Source: Nitrospirales bacterium
GTDB taxonomy: Bacteria > Nitrospirota > Nitrospiria > Nitrospirales > UBA8639
NCBI GenBank assembly: GCA_965203295.1
Contig: CBDBCZ010000018.1
Location: 1,984,001-2,048,000 of the forward strand
Direction: 5' to 3'
DNA length: 64,000 nt
Shown: positions 40,201 to 50,700 of the stretch, one piece after another
How the letters are laid out: each line of letters opens with the position of its first letter
How positions within the stretch are numbered: position 1 is the first letter of the stretch
Translations under genes and position numbers: made by a program
The notes under the pieces: model-generated
Database searches by the model: none
Seen by the model: the letters and a program-made list of their open reading frames with translations, nothing else
Told to the model about the DNA's origin: nothing

Positions 40201-42787
40201 TCGCTAGAGACCAACAAAACTAACGATTTTCTATAAAATACTTCTTTCCTAATCTGCAGACTAACATCAAGCAAACTAAACAAGCCTTTGAATAACCAGT
40301 TCCTTTATTGAACATCGATACTTCCTAAGCATGTATTGTATATGACTGAAATCATTCAAACTAAACAAGCCTTTGAATAACCAGCTCTTTTTCTAAACAA
40401 TTTGGAAGGGTCAGATAAATGGTAGCAAGTTACTTTGGCTTAAAGCCTTTGCTAGAGACCAACTAAACTAACAATTTTTAATAAAATCCTCCTTTCCTAA
40501 TCTTCAGACAAACATCAACCAAACTAAACAAGCCTTTGAATAACCAGTTCCTTTCTTGAACATTGATACTTCCTAAGCATGTATTGTATCTGACTAATAT
40601 CATTCAAACTAAACAAGCCTTTGAATAACCAGCACTTTTTCTAAATAGTTCGGAAAGGTCAGATCAATAGTAGCTAGTAACTTTGGCTTAATTAAAGTCA
40701 TTGCAAGAGACCAACAAAACTAACAATTTTCAATAAAATCTTTCTTTCCTAATCTTCAGGCTAACATCAACAAAACTAAACAGGCCTTTGAATAACCAGT
40801 TCTTTTTCTAAACAGTTGGGAAGGGTCAGATAAATGGTAGCTAGTTACTTTGGCTTAAAGTCTTTGCTAGAGACCAACAAAACTAACAATTTTCAATAAA
40901 ATCCTTCTTTCCTAATCTTCAGACTAACATCAACAAAACTAAACAAGCCTTTGAATAACCAGTTCTTTTCCTAAACATTTAGGAAGGGTCAGATCAATGG
41001 TAGCTAGTTACTTTTGTTGAAAGTCTTTGCCTGAGACCAACAAAACTAACAATTTTCAATAAAATCCTTCTTTCCTAATCTTCAGACTAACATCAACCAA
41101 ACTAAACAAGCCTTTGAATAACCAGTTCCTTTCTTGAACATCGACACTTCCTAAACATGTATTGTATCCGACTAACATCATTAAAACTAATCAGGCCTTT
41201 GAATAACCAGTTCTTTTCCTAAACAGTTGGGAAGGGTCAGATCAATGGTAGCCAGTTACTTTGGCTGAAAGTCTTTGCCAGAGACCAACAAAACTAACAA
41301 TTTTCAATAAAATCTTTCTTTCCTAATCTTGAGAATAACATCAACCAAATTAAACAAGCCTTTCAATAACCAGTTCCTTTCTTGAACATCGACACTTCCT
41401 AAACATGTATTGTATCCGACTAACATCATTAAAACTAATCAAGCTTTTGAATAACCAGTTCTTTTCCTAAACAGTTGGGAAGGGTCAGATCAATGGTAGC
41501 CAGTTACTTTGGCTGAAAGTCTTTGCCTGAGACCAACAAAACTAACAATTTTCAATAAATCCTTCTTTCCTAATCTTCAGACTAACATGATTCAAACTAA
41601 ACAAGCCTTTGAATAACCAGTTCTTTTCCTAAACAGTTAGGAAGGATCAGATCAATGGTAGTTAGTTACTTTTGCTGAAAGTCTTTGCCTGAGACCAACA
41701 AAACTAGCAATTTTCAAAAAAATTCTTCTTTCCTAATCTTCAGACAAACATCAACCAAACTAAACAAGCCTTTGAATAACCAGTTCCTTTCTTGAATATT
41801 GATACTTCCTAAGCATGTATTGTATCCGACTAACATAATTGAAACTAATCAAGCCTTTGAATAACAGGTTCTTTTCCTAAACAGTTGGGAAGGGTCAGAT
41901 CAATGAATGGTAGCTAGTTATTTTGGCTCAAAGTCTTCGCTAGAGACCAACAAAACTAACGATTTTCTATAAAATACTTCTTTCCTAATCTGCAGACTAA
42001 CATCAAGCAAACTAAACAAGCCTTTGAATAACCAGTTCCTTTCTTGAACATCGATACTTCCTAAGCATGTATTGTATATGACTGAAATCATTCAAACTAA
42101 ACAAGCCTTTGAATAACCAGTTGTTTTCCTAAACAGTTGGGAAGGGTCAGATCAATGGTAGCCAGTTACTTTGGCTGAAAGTCTTTGCCTGAGACCAACA
42201 AAACTAATAATTTTCAATAAAATCCTTCTTTCCTAATTTTCAGACTAACTTCATTCAAACTAAACAAGCCTTTGAATAACCAGTTCTTTTCCTAAACAGT
42301 TAGGAAGGGTCAGATCAATGGTAGCTAGTTACTTTTGCTGAAAGTCTTTGCCTGAGACCAACAAAACTAACAATTTTCAATAAAATCTTTCTTTTCTAAT
42401 CTTCAGACTAACATCAACCAAACTAAACAAGCCTTTCAATAACCAGTTCCTTTCTTGAACATCGACACTTCCTAAACATGTATTGTATCCGACTAACATC
42501 ATTAAAACTAATCAAGCTTTTGAATAACCAGTTCTCTTCCTAAACAGTTGGGAAGGGTCAGATCAATGGTAGCCAGTTACTTTGGCTGAAAGTCTTTGCC
42601 TGAGACCAACAAAACTAACAATTTTCAATAAAATCCTTCTTTCCTAATCTTCAGACTAACATGATTCAAATTAAACAAGCCTTTGAATAACCAGTTCTTT
42701 TCCTAAACAGTTAGGAAGGATCAGATCAATGGTAGTTAGTTACTTTTGCTGAAAGTCTTTGCCTGAGACCAACAAAACTAACAATTT
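22283..42787 (+). repeat. Satellite DNA array, central block
   Basis: Same family and orientation as the left block. It includes ~1.81-kb HOR copies (TAGTTTGGAAGGATCAG at 24151, 25960, 27772; variant at 30077, 31892) and a divergent patch at ~36960-37830. Confidence 0.97.
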
Positions 42788-42796
42788 GTATAGGTA

Positions 42797-42947
42797 ATAG
42801 CACAGTTTACAGTGGTATTTGGGATTAATAGCACGAGTAATGCAACCAGAGGTCCAAAATAGCATGAGGCGAAGCCGAATGCTATTTTGGACCTCTGGTT
42901 GCATTACAAGTGCTATTAATCCCAAATACCACTGTAAACTGTGCTAT
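42797..42947. repeat. 151-bp near-perfect palindrome (74-bp arms, GAA loop) at the 3' end of the Crypton
   Basis: Arms 42797-42870 and 42874-42947 pair fully except for two 2-nt mismatches (GA/GA and GA/AA). The apex is GCGAAGC at 42869-42875. Confidence 0.97.
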
Positions 42948-43120
42948 CACATGTTAATAGTATAATATAGCTGTAATAATACACTGGCAGGATGAATGGT
43001 CAACTTAATGACATAATAATTAATGATTCTTACATAAACATTGTATGAAGATTATATTAAGTTCAATGGCATGTGCTAAGCGTTGAATGAATAAGTGAAG
43101 CAGTATACATAGTCTCTTGT

Positions 43121-44581
43121 TTAGTCATCATCATCTGAGTCAATAAATGCTCTTACTTTTCTCTTACGGGAGGGACAATTGGTTGGCTGTGTGATGTCCA
43201 TTGTATTTGTACTCGAGCATGTGATGTTTACAGTACAGTCATTGAACACAAATGTAGGTGGATGAACACCCTGCTGAAGAGGCTGCAGCGGTTGACGGGC
43301 ATTCATGAAGGGAAGGGGTGCAGGCTGTGTACTTGCAGGAAGTTCTGGCAACTGAGGATTCTGAAGAGCATCAGTCTTACTGATGAGAAGACTGATCTTT
43401 TGATGGTCTTCTAAGTCAGTGTCAGCATAGTCCGAGATGCTCTGCTCATTCTTGTGACCGGTGATAGCTGTAATTTTGTCATTTGATACTCCTCCTTTTT
43501 GCAATTTTCGCACTAGTGTCATTCGAACACTGTGGTTAGTAAATCTTTTGCCACTCTTGTCGATGCCAGCCCTCTTTGCAATGGTTTTCATGAATTCTTT
43601 GATCTTGTTTGCACCAACTGGCTGTATAGAGTACCACAGTGATGGACGAGGATTTTTCAATGGTCTCAAATAGAGGGGACCAGATGTACGGCACTGTGCT
43701 GGACGCTTCGAAATCAACAATTCCAACATTTGCACTGAACATCTATCATTGCCTGAAGGGAAAACTCTCTGTGTGACACGCCTGCTCTGCTTCACAAGAC
43801 CTCCTTGCCTCGTTTTTGTCAGTCCTTCAGTCCACTCCACATATTCTACTTCAGCAGTGCCAGCCTTCCTCACAAATCGAAAGTCTTCTAACCTCATTTG
43901 CAGATGTTCTTGGACTCCTCGAGTTCCAAAATGTTGGCTCAGAGTGTAGAACAGGGAGTGGTTGAGGCTTTCACCGGTAGCACTCCCTAATGCACTAGTC
44001 TCCCACAGCAGCTCCTCCTCCTCGGGTGTCAGAGGGTCAGCCTTGTTTTTCCGTTTGCCCCGCCCACTTTCGCGAAGTTCGATAGCTTTTCCGTTTAAGA
44101 CCTGGCGGCTACGTTCGAAAGCCTTGTCCTTGAGGAGGCTGTATGAAGCTCCATTTGCTCTGAAGTGGCGGCCCAGGGAGGCAAGCATAACCCGAAGGCT
44201 ATCTGGTTCGTAGTCTGATCCGTCTTCTTTTCGGAGTTCGGCGTAGAATTGCTGCAGTGTTTCATCTAGCTGCTGCTCGTTGAACTGTGATAGTGTGCTT
44301 GTAATCCCCTTGTGCTCCTGCCATCTCTGGAGGCGGTTCAGCCACGTATTCGTCGATTTTTTGGTATTTTTATTCACGTTTTTCTCTTGAAGTCGTTGGA
44401 GTTCGCCGGTAGTCGTCGTTGCAAAACAGCTCGAGCTAGTTAATGGTGGAGGCGTGGCCTCAAAGTCGGGTAGGCCCGCTAGTAACTCATCTATTTCACC
44501 GAACGCGTCGAAACTGGCATCGCTTTGTAGCCACTCCGGAATTACTAAGCCTAAATCACAGCTGGAACCTAGTGCTGCCAT
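43121..44581 (-). CDS. Crypton tyrosine recombinase (DUF3504-like; CryptonA / ZMYM-KIAA1958-QRICH1-KCTD1-related), ~486 aa, intronless
   Basis: Catalytic set in order: R (FGTRG), K (TKTRQGG), HxxR (NHSVR), H (ITGHK), Y (ISDY). N-terminal core-binding region NKNTKKST..W...FYAELRKEDGSDYEPDSL; C-terminal RKRKVR and DSDDDD. The ATG at 44581 (MAALGSS) is preferred over the ORF-track start at 44767. Confidence 0.93.
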   Translation of the reverse strand: MAALGSSCDLGLVIPEWLQSDASFDAFGEIDELLAGLPDFEATPPPLTSSSCFATTTTGELQRLQEKNVNKNTKKSTNTWLNRLQRWQEHKGITSTLSQFNEQQLDETLQQFYAELRKEDGSDYEPDSLRVMLASLGRHFRANGASYSLLKDKAFERSRQVLNGKAIELRESGRGKRKNKADPLTPEEEELLWETSALGSATGESLNHSLFYTLSQHFGTRGVQEHLQMRLEDFRFVRKAGTAEVEYVEWTEGLTKTRQGGLVKQSRRVTQRVFPSGNDRCSVQMLELLISKRPAQCRTSGPLYLRPLKNPRPSLWYSIQPVGANKIKEFMKTIAKRAGIDKSGKRFTNHSVRMTLVRKLQKGGVSNDKITAITGHKNEQSISDYADTDLEDHQKISLLISKTDALQNPQLPELPASTQPAPLPFMNARQPLQPLQQGVHPPTFVFNDCTVNITCSSTNTMDITQPTNCPSRKRKVRAFIDSDDDD

Positions 44582-44760
44582 ATCTAATAGAGTGACTTTC
44601 AGAATAGTTGCTAGGTTAGCGGTAACTAAGCGTTGGTATGCGGAATAACCAATCAAATGCGTATTACACGCTTTGCGCACTAGACTGATTTTGGGCAATT
44701 CTATTGGTTCACGAGCAGGAGTATTACAGTCAAAATAGCACGAATACTTTATGGACCATA
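44582..44760 (-). promoter_or_regulatory. Probable Crypton promoter / 5' region
   Basis: Two oppositely oriented CCAAT boxes (AACCAATCA at ~44647, ATTGGTT at ~44703) lie between the element end and the ATG. Confidence 0.4.
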
Positions 44761-44789
44761 CATACATACTACTACTAACTATACTATTA

Positions 44790-47700
44790 TAAATAAAATC
44801 CTTCTTTCCTAATCTTCAGACAAACATCAACAAAACTAAACAAGCCTTTGAATAACCAGTTCCTTTCTTGAATATTGATACTTCCAAAGCATGTATTGTA
44901 TCTGACTAATATCATTCAAACAAAACTAGCCTTTGAATAACCAGCTCTTTTTCTAAACAATTGGGAAGGGTCAGATAAACGGTAGTAAGTTACTTTGGCT
45001 TAAAGTCTTTGCTGGAGACCAACAAAACTAACAATTTTCAATAAAATCCCTCTTTCCTAATCTTCAGGCTAACATCAACAAAACTAAACAGGCCTTTGAA
45101 TAACCAGTTCTTTTTCTAAACAGTTGGGAAGGGTCAGATAAATGGTAGCTAGTTACTTTGGCTTAAAGTCTTTGCTAGAGACCAACAAAACTAACAATTT
45201 TCAATAAAATTCTTCTTTCCTAATCTTCAGACTAACATCAACCAAACTAAACAAGCCTTTGAATAACCAGTTCCTTTCTTGAACATTGATACTTCCTAAG
45301 CATGTATTGTAACCGACTAACATCATTAAAACTAATCAAGCCTTTGAATAACTAGTTCTTTTCCTAAACAGTTGGGAAGGGTCAGATCAATGGTAGCTAG
45401 TTACTTTGGCTCAAAGTCTTTGCTAGAGACCAACAAAACTAACGATTTTTAATAAAATCCTTCTTTCCTAATCTTCAGACTAACATCAACCAAACTAAAC
45501 AAGCCTTTGAATAAACAGTTCCTTTCTTGAACATCGATACTTCTTAAGCGTGCATTGTATCTGACCAAACTAAACAAGCCTTTGAATAACCAGTTCTTTC
45601 CAAAACAGTTGGAAAGGGTCAGATCAATGGTAGCCAGTTACATTGGCTGAAAGTCTTTGCCTGAGACCAACAAAACTAAAAATTTTCAATAAAATCCTTC
45701 TTTTCTAAACTTCAGGCTAACATCAATAAAACTAAACAGGCCTTTGAATAACTAGATCTTTTTCTAAACAGTTGGGATGGGTCAGATAAATGGTAGCAAG
45801 TTACTTTGGCTTAAAGTCTTTGCTAGAGACCAACAAAACTAACAATTTTCAATAAAATCCTTCTTTCCTAATCTTCAGACTAACATCATTCAAACTAAAC
45901 AAGCCTTTGAATAACCAGTTCTTTTCCTAAACAGTTAGGAAGGGTCAGATCAATGGTAGCTAGTTACTTTTGTTGAAAGTCTTTGCCTGAGACCAATAAA
46001 ACTAACAATTTTCAATAAAATCCTTCTTTCCTAATCTTCAGACTAACATCAACCAAACTAAACAAGCCTTTGAATAACCAGTTCCTTTCTGGAACATCGA
46101 CACTTCCTAAACATGTATTGTATCCGACTAACATCATTAAAACTAATCAGGCCTTTGAATAACCAGTTCTTTTCCTAAACAGTTGGGAAGGGTCAGATCA
46201 ATGGTAGCCAGTTACTTTGGCTGAAAGTCTTTGCCTGAGACCAACAAAACTAATAATTTTCAATAAAATCCTTCTTTCCTAATTTTCAGACTAACTTCAT
46301 TCAAACTAAACAAGCCTTTGAATAACCAGTTCTTTTCCTAAACAGTTAGGAAGGGTCAGATCAATGGTAGCTAGTTACTTTTGCTGAAAGTCTTTGCCTG
46401 AGACCAACAAAACTAACAATTTTCGATAAAATCTTTCTTTCCTAATCTTCAGACTAACATCAACCAAACTAAACAAGCCTTTCAATAACCAGTTCCTTTC
46501 TTGAACATCGACACTTCCTAAACATGTATTGTATCCGACTAACATCATTAAAACTAATCAAGCTTTTGAATAACCAGTTCTTTTCCTAAACAGTTGGGAA
46601 GGGTGAGATCAATGGTAGCCAGTTACTTTGGCTGAAAGTCTTTGCCTGAGACCAACAAAACTAACAATTTTCAATAAAATCCTTCTTTCCTAATCTTCAG
46701 ACTAACATGATTCAAACTAAACAAGCCTTTGAATAACCAGTTCTTTTCCTAAACAGTTAGGAAGGATCAGATCAATGGTAGTTAGTTACTTTTGCTGAAA
46801 GTCTTTGCCTGAGACCAACAAAACTAACAATTTTAAATAAAATCCTTCTTTCCTAATCTTCAGACAAACATCAACCAAACTAAACAAGCCTTTGAATAAC
46901 CAGTTCCTTTCTTGAATATTGATACTTCCTAAGCATGTATTGTATCTGACTAATATCATTCAAACAAAACTAGCCTTTGAATAACCAGCTCTTTTTCTAA
47001 ACAATTGGGAAGAGTCAGATAAATGGTAGTAAGTTACTTTGGCTTAAAGTCTTTGCTGGAGACCAACAAAACTAACAATTTTCAATAAAATCCCTCTTTC
47101 CTAATCTTCAGGCTAACATCAACAAAACTAAACAGGCCTTTGAATAACCAGATCTTTTTCTAAACAGTTGGGAAGGGTCAGATAAATGGTAGCTAGTTAC
47201 TTTGGCTTAAAGTCTTTGCTAGAGACCAACAAAACTAACAATTTTCAATAAAATTCTTCTTTCCTAATCTTCAGACTAACATCAACCTAACTAAACAAGC
47301 CTTTGAATAACCAGTTCCTTTCTTGAACATTGATACTTCCTAAGCATGTATTGTAACCGACTAACATCATTAAAACTAATCAAGCCTTTGAATAACTAGT
47401 TCTTTTCCTAAACAGTTGGGAGGGGTCAGATCAATGGTAGCTATTTACTTTGGCTCAAAGTCTTTGCTAGAGACCAACAAAACTAACGATTTTTAATAAA
47501 ATCCTTCTTTCCTATTCTTCAGACTAACATCAACCAAACTAAACAAGCCTTTGAATAAACAGTTCCTTTCTTGAACATCGATACTTCTTAAGCGTGCATT
47601 GTATCTGACCAAACTAAACAAGCCTTTGAATAACCAGCACTTTTTCTAAATAGTTCGGAAAGGTCAGATCAATGGTAGCTAGTAACTTTGGCTTAATTAA

Positions 47701-50700
47701 AGTCATTGCAAGAGACCAACTAAACTAACAATTTTCAATAAAATCCTTCTTTCCTAATCTTCAGGCTAACATCAACAAAACTAAACAGGCCTTTGAATAA
47801 CCAGTTCTTTTTCTAAACAGTTGGGAAGGGTCAGATAAATGGTAGCTAGTTACTTTGGCTTAAAGTCTTTGCTAGAGACCAACAAAACTAACAATTTTCA
47901 ATAAAATCCTTCTTTCCTAATCTTCAGACTAACATCTTTCAAACTAAACAAGCTTTTGAATAACCAGTTCTTTTCCTAAACATTTAGGAAGGGTCAGATC
48001 AATGGTAGCTAGTTACTTTTGTTGAAAGTCTTAGCCTGAGACCAACAAAACTAACAATTTTCAATAAAATCCTTCTTTCCTAATCTTCAGACTAACATCA
48101 ACCAAACTAAACAAGCCTTTGAATAACCAGTTCCTTTCTTGAACATCGACACTTCCTAAACATGTATTGTATCCGACTAACATCATTAAAACTAATCAGG
48201 CCTTTGAATAACCAGTTCTTTTCCTAAACAGTTGGGAAGGGTCAGATCAATGGTAGCCAGTTACTTTGGCTGAAAGTCTTTGCCTGAGACCAAATAAACT
48301 AACAATTTTCAATAAAATCCTTCTTTCCTAATCTTCAGACTAACATCAACCAAACTAAACAAGCCTTTCAATAACCAGTTCCTTTCTTGAACATCGACAC
48401 TTCCTAAACATGTATTGTATCAGACTAACATCATTAAAACTAATCAAGCCTTTGAATAACCAGTTCTTTTCCTAAACAGTTGGGAAGGGTCAGATCAATG
48501 GTAGCCAGTTACTTTGGCTGAAAGTCTTTGCCTGAGACCAACAAAACTAACAATTTTCAATAAAATCCTTCTTTCCTAATCTTCAGACTAACATGATTCA
48601 AACTAAACAAGCCTTTGAATAACCATTTCTTTTCCTAAACAGTTAGGAAGGATCAGATCAATGGTAGTTAGTTACTTTTGCTGAAAGTCTTTGCCTGAGA
48701 CCAACAAAACTAACAATTTTAAATAAAATCCTTCTTTCTTAATCTTCAGACAAACATCAACCAAACTAAACAAGGCTTTGAATAACCAGTTCCTTTCTTG
48801 AATATTGATACTTCCGAAGCATGTATTGTATCTGACTAATATCATTCAAACAAAACAAGCCTTTGAATAACCAGCTCTTTTTCTAAAAAATTTGGAAGGG
48901 TTAGATAAATGGTAGCAAGTTACTTTGGCTTAAAGCCTTTGCTAGAGACTAACTAAACTAACAATTTTTAATAAAATCCTCCTTTCCTAATCTTCAGACT
49001 AACATCAACCAAACTAAACAAGCCTTTGAATAACCAGTTCCTTTCTTGAACATTGATACTTCCTAAGCGTGTATTGTATCTGACTAATATCATTCAAACA
49101 AAACAAGCCTTTGAATAACCAGCACTTTTTCTAAATAGTTCGGAAAGGTCAGATCAATAGTAGCTAGTAACTTTGGCTTAATTAAAGTAATTGCAAGAGA
49201 CCAACAAAACTAACAATTTTCAATAAAATCCTTCTTTCCTAATCTTCAGGCTAACATCAACAAAACTAAACAGGCCTTTGAATAACCAGTTCTTTTTCTA
49301 AACAGTTGGGAAGGATCAGATAAATGGTAGCTAGTTACTTTGGCTTAAAGTCTTTGCTAGAGACCAACAAAACTAACAATTTTCAATAAAATCCTTCTTT
49401 CCTAATCTTCAGACTAACATCATTCAAACTAAACAAGCCTTTGAATAACCAGTTCTTTTCCTAAACATTTAGGAAGGGTCAGATCAATGGTAGCTAGTTA
49501 CTTTTGTTGAAAGTCTTAGCCTGAGACCAACAAAACTAACAATTTTCAATAAAATCCTTCTTTCCTAATCTTCAGACTAACATCAACCAAACTAAACAAG
49601 CCTTTGAATAACCAGTTCCTTTATTGAACATCTACACTTCCTAAACATGTATTGTATCCGACTAACATCATTAAAACTAATCAGGCCTTTGAATAACTAG
49701 TTCTTTCCTAAACAGTTGGGAAGGGTCAGATCAATGGTAGCCAGTTACTTTGGCTGAAAGTCTTTACCTGAGACCAACAAAACTAACAATTTTCAATAAA
49801 ATCCTTCTTTCCTAATTTTCAGACTAACTTCATTCAAACTAAACAAGCCTTTGAATAACCAGTTCTTTTCCTAAACAGTTAGGAAGGGTCAGATCAATGG
49901 TAGCTAGTTACTTTTGCTGAAAGTCTTTGCCTGAGACCAACAAAACTAACAATTTTCAATAAAATCCTTCTTTCCTAATCTTCAGACTAACATCAACCAA
50001 ACTAAACAAGCCTTTCAATAACCAGTTCCTTTCTTGAACATCGACACTTCCTAAACATGTATTGTATCCGACTAACATCATTAAAACTAATCAAGCCTTT
50101 GAATAACCAGTTCTTTTCCTAAACAGTTGGGAAGGGTCAGATCAATGGTAGCCAGTTACTTTGGCTGAAAGTCTTTGCCTGAGACCAACAAAACTAACAA
50201 TTTTCAATAAAATCCTTCTTTCCTAATCTTCAGACTAACATGATTCAAACTGAACAAGCCTTTGAATAACCAGTTCTTTTCCTAAACAGTTAGGAAGGAT
50301 CAGATCAATGGTAGTTAGTTACTTTTGCTGAAAGTCTTTGCCTGAGACCAACAAAACTAACAATTTTAAATAAAATCCTTCTTTCCTAATCTTCAGACAA
50401 ACATCAACCAAACTAAACAAGGCTTTGAATAACCAGTTCCTTTCTTGAATATTGATACTTCCTAAGCATGTATTGTATCTGACTAATATCATTCAAACAA
50501 AACAAGCCTTTGAATAACCAGCTCTTTTTCTAAACAATTGGGAAGGGTCAGATAAATGGTAGCAAGTTACTTTGGCTTAAAGTCTTTGCTGGAGACCAAC
50601 AAAACTAACAATTTTTAATAAAATCCTCCTTTCCTTATCTTCAGACTAACATCAACCAAAGTAAACAAGCCTTTGAATAACCAGTTCCTTTCTTGAACAT

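Larger units (their letters stand above)
42788..44789 (-). mobile_element. Crypton-type tyrosine-recombinase DNA transposon, 2002 bp, apparently full length
   Basis: Inserted into ACAATTT^TAAATAAAATCC; the uninterrupted paralogous site is at 46827-46845. No TSD, a single YR ORF and a subterminal palindrome. Boundaries are ambiguous by about 1 nt. Confidence 0.92.

Noticed and set aside
42740..42925. 61-aa ORF across the hairpin and satellite junction
   Set aside because: It spans the palindrome and the insertion boundary; not a plausible gene.
43121..44581. Bacterial or phage integrase contamination, or a domesticated ZMYM/KCTD1 gene
   Set aside because: Motifs are Crypton/DUF3504-like, there are clean junctions in host satellite with an empty site, the catalytic residues are intact and there are no MYM or BTB domains.
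43461..44648. Overlapping and antisense small ORFs inside the recombinase gene
   Set aside because: Shadow frames of a real CDS, with no recognisable motifs.
44750..44760. TATGG as a CryptonS-type terminus
   Set aside because: It lies ~30 bp inside the boundary defined by the empty site and has no counterpart at the other end.
44582..44767. 62-aa N-terminal extension of the recombinase given in the ORF track
   Set aside because: It starts about 20 bp from the element end, leaves no room for a promoter and overlaps CCAAT boxes and terminal motifs.
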